From NCBI GenBank assembly GCA_964016885.1, contig OZ024741.1, positions 54,498,001-54,562,000 on the forward strand: 64,000 nt of DNA, written 5' to 3'. This document shows positions 54,901 through 64,000 of the stretch, piece by piece; position 1 is the stretch's first letter; every line of letters begins with the position of its first letter. Below the pieces are notes generated by a model that was not told the origin of the DNA, did not search any database, and was given only the letters and a program-made list of their open reading frames with translations. The position numbers and the translations under genes were made by a program. The DNA is from Eledone cirrhosa. Taxonomy: Eukaryota.

Positions 54901-57900
54901 TTCTTCTTCTTCTTCTTCTTCTTCCTCTTCTCTCCTTTCTCTGTGTCTCTCTCTCTCTCTTTTTTCCCCCCGTCAAACTTGGGCGAAATTCTTTCCTTGC
55001 TCACATTTCTACCAGGTTCGATGGTCTTTCGTCTCTTGTTCACGATTTCACAGAGTTTATATTCATAGAGATCTGGGAGTTGTCTATTTCTACTCACTTT
55101 CCGTTGCTTAAACCCTTTTTGTTGTTACTCTAGCGTCCCCCTTTATTTACGTGTCCCAACGACTTTTTTTAGCCGTTGTTCGCACCAACCTGAGGCATAT
55201 GGCCCTTAAAGCGATGAAATGCCGAGGACGGTTGGAGGGTCACTGATGAAGGACTCACTTTTTCATATGTATCCCATTTGCAACGCCGCAGCTCCATTAT
55301 AATCATCATATTTACACATATTACTTTTTCATGCTGCCTGTCTGTCTGTTCCATGTATCTTTACCACTTCTAGCAGTCTCTCTCCCTCTCTGTTACCCTC
55401 TCCTCAACTTTCACTCACTCATTCTCTGTCACTACCTCTCCTCCTCCTCTTTCCTTCTCCTCCTTCAAGTTTGACCTGTGTGTAATTCTTTTCTCGCGCA
55501 GTCTTGACCGAGCTGGTATGGAATTTTTTTTCTCTCTCTCTTTCGTCTGTGACTTCACAAAACTTGCGTTTACCGATTTCGCAGACCAGACCACCTTATC
55601 TTCTTCTTCTTCTTCTTCTTCTTCTTCTTCTTCTTCTTCTTCTTCTTCTTCCTCTTCTCTCCTTTCTCTGTGTCTCTCTCTCTCTCTTTTTTGCCCCCGT
55701 CAAACTTGGGCGAAATTCTTTCCTTGCTCACATTTCTACCAGGTTCGATGGTCTTTCGTCTCTTGTTCACGATTTCGCAGAGTTTATATTCATAGAGATC
55801 TGGGACTTGTCTATTTCTACTCACTTTCCGTTGCTTAAACCCTTTTTGTTGTTACTCTAGCGTCCCCCTTTATTTACGTGTCCCAACGACTTTTTTTAGC
55901 CGTTGTTCGCACCAACCTGAGGCATATGGCCCTTAAAGCGATGAAATGCCGAGGACGGTTGGAGGGTCACTGATGAAGGACTCACTTTTTCATATGTATC
56001 CCATTTGCAACGCCGCAGCTCCATTATTATCATCATATTTACACATATTACTTTTCCATGCTGCCTGTCTGTCTGTTCCTTGTATCTTTACCACTTCTAG
56101 CAGTCTCTCTCCCTCTCTGTTACCCTCTCCTCAACTTTCACTCACTCATTCTCTGTCACTACACTCCTCCTCCTCTTTCCTCCTCCTCCTTCAAGTTTGA
56201 CCTGTGTGTAATTCTTTTCTCGCGCAGTCTTGACCGAGCTGGTATGGAATTTTTTTTCTCTCTCTCTTTCGTCTGTGACTTCACAAAACTTGCGTTTACC
56301 GATTTCGCAGACCAGACCACCTTATCTTCTTCTTCTTCTTCTTCTTCTTCTTCTTCTTCTTCTTCTTCTTCTAAATCTTCTTCCTCTTCTCTCCTTTCTC
56401 TGTGTCTCTCTCTCTCTCTTTTTTCCCCCCGTCAAACTTGGGCGAAATTCTTTCCTTGCTCACATTTCTACCAGGTTCGATGGTCTTTCGTCTCTTGTTC
56501 ACGATTTCACAGAGTTTATATTCATAGAGATCTGGGACTTGTCTATTTCTACTCACTTTCCGTTGCTTAAACCCTTTTTGTTGTTACTCTAGCGTCCCCC
56601 TTTATTTACGTGTCCCAACGACTTTTTTTAGCCGTTGTTCGCACCAACCTGAGGCATATGGCCCTTAAAGCGATGAAATGCCGAGGACGGTTGGAGGGTC
56701 ACTGATGAAGGACTCACTTTTTCATATGTATCCCATTTGCAACGCCGCAGCTCCATTATTATCATCATATTTACACATATTACTTTTCCATGCTGCCTGT
56801 CTATCTGTTCCTTGTATCTTTACCACTTCTAGCAGTCTCTCTCCCTCTCTGTTACCCTCTCCTCAACTTTCACTCACTCATTCTCTGTCACTACCTCTCC
56901 TCCTCCTCTTTCCTCCTCCTCCTTCAAGTTTGACCTGTGTGTAATTCTTTTCTCGCGCAGTCTTGACCGAGCTGGTATGGAATTTTTTTTCTCTCTCTCT
57001 TTCGTCTGTGACTTCACAAAACTTGCGTTTACCGATTTCGCAGACCAGACCACCTTATCTTCTTCTTCTTCTTCTTCTTCTTCTTCTTCTTCTTCCTCTT
57101 CTCTCCTTTCTCTGTGTCTCTCTCTCTCTCTTTTTTCCCCCCGTCAAACTTGGGCGAAATTCTTTCCTTGCTCACATTTCTACCAGGTTCGATGGTCTTT
57201 CGTCTCTTGTTCACGATTTCACAGAGTTTATATTCATAGAGATCTGGGAGTTGTCTATTTCTACTCACTTTCCGTTGCTTAAACCCTTTTTGTTGTTACT
57301 CTAGCGTCCCCCTTTATTTACGTGTCCCAACGACTTTTTTTAGCCGTTGTTCGCACCAACCTGAGGCATATGGCCCTTAAAGCGATGAAATGCCGAGGAC
57401 GGTTGGAGGGTCACTGATGAAGGACTCACTTTTTCATATGTATCCCATTTGCAACGCCGCAGCTCCATTATACTCATCATATTTACACATATTACTTTTT
57501 CATGCTGCCTGTCTGTCTGTTCCATGTATCTTTACCACTTCTAGCAGTCTCTCTCCCTCTCTGTTACCCTCTCCTCAACTTTCACTCACTCATTCTCTGT
57601 CACTACCTCTCCTCCTCCTCTTTCCTTCTCCTCCTTCAAGTTTGACCTGTGTGTAATTCTTTTCTCGCGCAGTCTTGACCGAGCTGGTATGGAATTTTTT
57701 TTCTCTCTCTCTTTCGTCTGTGACTTCACAAAACTTGCGTTTACCGATTTCGCAGACCAGACCACCTTATCTTCTTCTTCTTCTTCTTCTTCTTCTTCTT
57801 CTTCTTCTTCTTCTTCTTCTTCTTCTTCTTCTTCTTCTTCCTCTTCTCTCCTTTCTCTGTGTCTCTCTCTCTCTCTTTTTTGCCCCCGTCAAACTTGGGC

Positions 57901-60900
57901 GAAATTCTTTCCTTGCTCACATTTCTACCAGGTTCGATGGTCTTTCGTCTCTTGTTCACGATTTCGCAGAGTTTATATTCATAGAGATCTGGGACTTGTC
58001 TATTTCTACTCACTTTCCGTTGCTTAAACCCTTTTTGTTGTTACTCTAGCGTCCCCCTTTATTTACGTGTCCCAACGACTTTTTTTAGCCGTTGTTCGCA
58101 CCAACCTGAGGCATATGGCCCTTAAAGCGATGAAATGCCGAGGACGGTTGGAGGGTCACTGATGAAGGACTCACTTTTTCATATGTATCCCATTTGCAAC
58201 GCCGCAGCTCCATTATTATCATCATATTTACACATATTACTTTTCCATGCTGCCTGTCTGTCTGTTCCTTGTATCTTTACCACTTCTAGCAGTCTCTCTC
58301 CCTCTCTGTTACCCTCTCCTCAACTTTCACTCACTCATTCTCTGTCACTACCTCTCCTCCTCCTCTTTCCTCCTCCTCCTTCAAGTTTGACCTGTGTGTA
58401 ATTCTTTTCTCGCGCAGTCTTGACCGAGCTGGTATGGAATTTTTTTTTCTCTCTCTCTTTCGTCTGTGACTTCACAAAACTTGCGTTTACCGATTTCGCA
58501 GACCAGACCACCTTATCTTCTTCTTCTTCTTCTTCTTCTTCTTCTTCTTCTTCTTCTTCTTCTTCTTCTTCCTCTTCTCTCCTTTCTCTGTGTCTCTCTC
58601 TCTCTCTTTTTTCCCCCCGTCAAACTTGGGCGAAATTCTTTCCTTGCTCACATTTCTACCAGGTTCGATGGTCTTTCGTCTCTTGTTCACGATTTCACAG
58701 AGTTTATATTCATAGAGATCTGGGAGTTGTCTATTTCTACTCACTTTCCGTTGCTTAAACCCTTTTTGTTGTTACTCTAGCGTCCCCCTTTATTTACGTG
58801 TCCCAACGACTTTTTTTAGCCGTTGTTCGCACCAACCTGAGGCATATGGCCCTTAAAGCGATGAAATGCCGAGGACGGTTGGAGGGTCACTGATGAAGGA
58901 CTCACTTTTTCATATGTATCCCATTTGCAACGCCGCAGCTCCATTATAATCATCATATTTACACATATTACTTTTCCATGCTGCCTGTCTGTCTGTTCCT
59001 TGTATCTTTACCACTTCTAGCAGTCTCTCTCCCTCTCTGTTACCCTCTCCTCAACTTTCACTCACTCATTCTCTGTCACTACCTCTCCTCCTCCTCTTTC
59101 CTTCTCCTCCTTCAAGTTTGACCTGTGTGTAATTCTTTTCTCGCGCAGTCTTGACCGAGCTGGTATGGAATTTTTTTTCTCTCTCTCTTTCGTATGTGAC
59201 TTCACAAAACTTGCGTTTACCGATTTCGCAGACCAGACCACCTTATCTTCTTCTTCTTCTTCTTCTTCTTCTTCTTCTTCTTCTTCTTCTTCTTCTTCTT
59301 CTTCTTCTTCTCTCCTTTCTCTGTGTCTCTCTCTCTCTCTTTTTTCCCCCCCGTCAAACTTGGGCGAAATTCTTTCCTTGCTCACATTTCTACCAGGTTC
59401 GATGGTCTTTCGTCTCTTGTTCACGATTTCGCAGAGTTTATATTCATAGAGATCTGGGACTTGTCTATTTCTACTCACTTTCCGTTGCTTAAACCCTTTT
59501 TGTTGTTACTCTAGCGTCCCCCTTTATTTACGTGTCCCAACGACTTTTTTTAGCCGTTGTTCGCACCAACCTGAGGCATATGGCCCTTAAAGCGATGAAA
59601 TGCCGAGGACGGTTGGAGGGTCACTGATGAAGGACTCACTTTTTCATATGTATCCCATTTGCAACGCCGCAGCTCCATTATTATCATCATATTTACACAT
59701 ATTACTTTTCCATGCTGCCTGTCTGTCTGTTCCTTGTATCTTTACCACTTCTAGCAGTCTCTCTCCCTCTCTGTTACCCTCTCCTCAACTTTCACTCACT
59801 CATTCTCTGTCACTACCTCTCCTCCTCCTCTTTCCTCCTCCTCCTTCAAGTTTGACCTGTGTGTAATTCTTTTCTCGCGCAGTCTTGACCGAGCTGGTAT
59901 GGAATTTTTTTTTCCCTCTCTCTTTCGTCTGTGACTTCACAAAACTTGCGTTTACCGATTTCGCAGACCAGACCACCTTATCTTCTTCTTCTTCTTCTTC
60001 TTCTTCTTCTTCTTCTTCTTCTTCTTCTTCTTCTTCTTCTCTCCTTTCTCTGTGTCTCTCTCTCTTCTTTTTTCCCCCCGTCAAACTTGGGCGAAATTCT
60101 TTCCTTGCTCACATTTCTACCAGGTTCGATGGTCTTTCGTCTCTTGTTCACGATTTCACAGAGTTTATATTCATAGAGATCTGGGAGTTGTCTATTTCTA
60201 CTCACTTTCCGTTGCTTAAACCCTTTTTGTTGTTACTCTAGCGTCCCCCTTTATTTACGTGTCCCAACGACTTTTTTTAGCCGTTGTTCGCACCAACCTG
60301 AGGCATATGGCCCTTAAAGCGATGAAATGCCGAGGACGGTTGGAGGGTCACTGATGAAGGACTCACTTTTTCATATGTATCCCATTTGCAACGCCGCAGC
60401 TCCATTATAATCATCATATTTACACATATTACTTTTCCATGCTGCCTGTCTGTCTGTTCCTTGTATCTTTACCACTTCTAGCAGTCTCTCTCCCTCTCTG
60501 TTACCCTCTCCTCAACTTTCACTCACTCATTCTCTGTCACTACCTCTCCTCCTCCTCTTTCCTCCTCCTCCTTCAAGTTTGACCTGTGTGTAATTCTTTT
60601 CTCGCGCAGCCTTGACCGAGCTGGTATGGAATTTTTTTTTCTCTCTCTCTTTCGTCTGTGACTTCACAAAACTTGCGTTTACCGATTTCGCAGACCAGAC
60701 CACCTTATCTTCTTCTTCTTCTTCTTCTTCTTCTTCTTCTTCTTCTTCTTCTTCTTCTTCTTCCTCTTCTCTCCTTTCTCTGTGTCTCTCTCTCTCTCTT
60801 TTTTCCCCCCGTCAAACTTGGGCGAAATTCTTTCCTTGCTCACATTTCTACCAGGTTCGATGGTCTTTCGTCTCTTGTTCACGATTTCACAGAGTTTATA

Positions 60901-63900
60901 TTCATAGAGATCTGGGACTTGTCTATTTCTACTCACTTTCCGTTGCTTAAACCCTTTTTGTTGTTACTCTAGCGTCCCCCTTTATTTACGTGTCCCAACG
61001 ACTTTTTTTAGCCGTTGTTCGCACCAACCTGAGGCATATGGCCCTTAAAGCGATGAAATGCCGAGGACGGTTGGAGGGTCACTGATGAAGGACTCACTTT
61101 TTCATATGTATCCCATTTGCAACGCCGCAGCTCCATTATTATCATCATATTTACACATATTACTTTTCCATGCTGCCTGTCTGTCTGTTCCTTGTATCTT
61201 TACCACTTCTAGCAGTCTCTCTCCCTCTCTGTTACCCTCTCCTCAACTTTCACTCACTCATTCTCTGTCACTACCTCTCCTCCTCCTCTTTCCTCCTCCT
61301 CCTTCAAGTTTGACCTGTGTGTAATTCTTTTCTCGCGCAGCCTTGACCGAGCTGGTATGGAATTTTTTTTTCTCTCTCTCTTTCGTCTGTGACTTCACAA
61401 AACTTGCGTTTACCGATTTCGCAGACCAGACCACCTTATCTTCTTCTTCTTCTTCTTCTTCTTCTTCTTCTTCTTCTTCTTCTTCTTCTTTCCTTTCTCT
61501 GTGTCTATCTCTCTCTCTCTCTTTTTCCCCCCGTCAAACTTGGACGAAATTCTTTCCTTGCTCACATTTCTACCAGGTTCGATGGTCTTTCGTCTCTTGT
61601 TCACGATTTCACAGAGTTTATATTCATAGAGATCTGGGACTTGTCTATTTCTACTCACTTTCCGTTGCTTAAACCCTTTTTGTTGTTACTCTAGCGTCCC
61701 CCTTTATTTACGTGTCCCAACGACTTTTTTTAGCCGTTGTTCGCACCAACCTGAGGCATATGGCCCTTAAAGCGATGAAATGCCGAGGACGGTTGGAGGG
61801 TCACTGATGAAGGACTCACTTTTTCATATGTATCCCATTTGCAACGCCGCAGCTCCATTATAATCATCATATTTACACATATTACTTCTCCATGCTGCCT
61901 GTCTGTCTGTTCCTTGTATCTTTACCACTTCTAGCAGTCTCTCTCCCTCTCTGTTACCCTCTCCTCAACTTTCACTCACTCATTCTCTGTCACTACCTCT
62001 CCTCCTCCTCTTTCCTTCTCCTCCTTCAAGTTTGACCTGTGTGTAATTCTTTTCTCGCGCAGTCTTGACCGAGCTGGTATGGAATTTTTTTTCTCTCTCT
62101 CTTTCGTCTGTGACTTCACAAAACTAGCGTTTACCGATTTCGCAGACCAGACCACCTTATCTTCTTCTTCTTCTTCTTCTTCTTCTTCTTCTTCTTCTTC
62201 TTCTTCTTCTTCTTCTTCCTCTTCTCTCCTTTCTCTGTGTCTCTCTCTCTCTCTTTTTTCCCCCCGTCAAACTTGGGCGAAATTCTTTCCTTGCTCACAT
62301 TTCTACCAGGTTCGATGGTCTTTCGTCTCTTGTTCACGATTTCGCAGAGTTTATATTCATAGAGATCTGGGACTTGTCTATTTCTACTCACTTTCCGTTG
62401 CTTAAACCCTTTTTGTTGTTACTCTAGCGTCCCCCTTTATTTACGTGTCCCAACGACTTTTTTTAGCCGTTGTTCGCACCAACCTGAGGCATAAGGCCCT
62501 TAAAGCGATGAAATGCCGAGGACGGTTGGAGGGTCACTGATGAAGGACTCACTTTTTCATATGTATCCCATTTGCAACGCCGCAGCTCCATTATTATCAT
62601 CATATTTACACATATTACTTTTCCATGCTGCCTGTCTGTCTGTTCCTTGTATCTTTACCACTTCTAGCAGTCTCTCTCCCTCTCTGTTACCCTCTCCTCA
62701 ACTTTCACTCACTCATTCTCTGTCACTACCTCTCCTCCTCCTCCTTCAAGTTTGACCTGTGTGTAATTCTTTTCTCGCGCAGTCTTGGCCGAGCTGGTAT
62801 GGAATTTTTTTTTCTCTCTCTCTTTCGTCTGTGACTTCACAAAACTTGCGTTTACCGATTTCGCAGACCAGACCACCTTATCTTCTTCTTCTTCTTCTTC
62901 TTCTTCTTCTTCTTCTTCTTCTTCTTCTTCTTCTTCCTCTTCTCTCCTTTCTCTGTGTCTCTCTCTCTCTCTTTTTTCCCCCCGTCAAACTTGGGCGAAA
63001 TTCTTTCCTTGCTCACATTTCTACCAGGTTCGATGGTCTTTCGTCTCTTGTTCACGATTTCACAGAGTTTATATTCATAGAGATCTGGGAGTTGTCTATT
63101 TCTACTCACTTTCCGTTGCTTAAACCCTTTTTGTTGTTACTCTAGCGTCCCCCTTTATTTACGTGTCCCAACGATTTTTTTTAGCCGTTGTTCGCACCAA
63201 CCTGAGGCATATGGCCCTTAAAGCGATGAAATGCCGAGGACGGTTGGAGGGTCACTGATGAAGGACTCACTTTTTCATATGTATCCCATTTGCAACGCCG
63301 CAGCTCCATTATTATCATCATATTTACACATATTAATTTTCCATGCTGCCTGTCTGTCTGTTCCTTGTATCTTTACCACTTCTAGCAGTCTCTCTCCCTC
63401 TCTGTTACCCTCTCCTCAACTTTCACTCACTCATTCTCTGTCACTACCTCTCCTCCTCCTCTTTCCTCCTCCTCCTTCAAGTTTGACCTGTGTGTAATTC
63501 TTTTCTCGCGCAGCCTTGACCGAGCTGGTATGGAATTTTTTTTTCTCTCTCTCTTTCGTCTGTGACTTCACAAAACTTGCGTTTACCGATTTCGCAGACC
63601 AGACCACCTTATCTTCTTCTTCTTCTTCTTCTTCTTCTTCTTCTTCTTCTTCTTCTTCTTCCTCTTCTCTCCTTTCTCTGTGTCTCTCTCTCTCTCTTTT
63701 TTCCCCCCGTCAAACTTGGGCGAAATTCTTTCCTTGCTCACATTTCTACCAGGTTCGATGGTCTTTCGTCTCTTGTTCACGATTTCACAGAGTTTATATT
63801 CATAGAGATCTGGGACTTGTCTATTTCTACTCACTTTCCGTTGCTTAAACCCTTTTTGTTGTTACTCTAGCGTCCCCCTTTATTTACGTGTCCCAACGAC

Positions 63901-64000
63901 TTTTTTTAGCCGTTGTTCGCACCAACCTGAGGCATATGGCCCTTAAAGCGATGAAATGCCGAGGACGGTTGGAGGGTCACTGATGAAGGACTCACTTTTT
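48474..64000 (+). repeat. Head-to-tail tandem array of a ~712-751 bp non-coding unit (21 full units + partial), continuing past the window end
   Basis: Landmark ATGCCGAGG recurs at 48584, 49327, 50078, 50814, 51541, 52289, 53025, 53758, 54498, 55219, 55946, 56678, 57390, 58135, 58866, 59600, 60327, 61058, 61780, 62513, 63231, 63956; length variation comes mainly from an internal (TTC)n. Confidence 0.98.
49293..49360 (+). ncRNA. Candidate non-circularly permuted hammerhead ribozyme with kink-turn (representative copy; one per array unit, 22 in window)
   Basis: CCAACC-T-GA-GGCA-TA|TGGCCCT-TAAAGCGAT-GAAA-TGCC-GAG-GA-C-GGTTGG-AGGGTCA-CTGATGA-AGG: stem III GGCA/TGCC, stem I TGGCCCT/AGGGTCA, full core, AUA triplet with predicted cleavage after 49307. 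Confidence 0.7.

Noticed and set aside
48584-63870. Recurrent 80-130 aa ORFs (MPRTVGG, MTELVWN, MSRNRQ) in the array
   Set aside because: Poly-S/L/K from (TTC)n; frames shift and stops appear freely between units, so no coding constraint.
48474-64000. Array unit as a tRNA, 5S, U snRNA, SL RNA or C/D snoRNA gene cluster
   Set aside because: No cloverleaf (GGTTCGA lacks T-arm context), no recognisable snRNA or 5S sequence, and the CUGA and C-like boxes are in the wrong order for a snoRNA. The hammerhead reading explains CTGATGA, GAAA and both helices together.

Overview
Repeat-saturated metazoan genomic DNA; the dispersed SINE-like repeats and dense (TA)n/(CA)n tracts suggest a cephalopod such as Octopus, but that is inference. 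No host protein-coding gene is supported. The window holds decayed or rearranged retroelements: several Penelope-like elements (PLEs; RT + GIY-YIG) in at least three families, RTE-type LINE pieces, and an R4/Dong-like LINE with a restriction-like endonuclease. It also has a Tc1-like relic, SINEs, foldback/inverted duplications mostly embedded in (TA)n, and micro/minisatellites. The PLE termini carry several hammerhead ribozyme (HHR) variants. The main signal is a non-coding ~712-751 bp head-to-tail array from ~48474 to the window end (21 full units plus a partial 22nd). Each unit contains all hammerhead catalytic-core strands in a non-circularly permuted order: cleavage strand, then GAAA strand, then CUGAUGA strand. 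A canonical kink-turn sits in the extension of stem III. A second element with unrelated sequence at ~28.7 kb shows the same permuted architecture with different base pairs. All ribozyme calls come from manual folding and none is tested.
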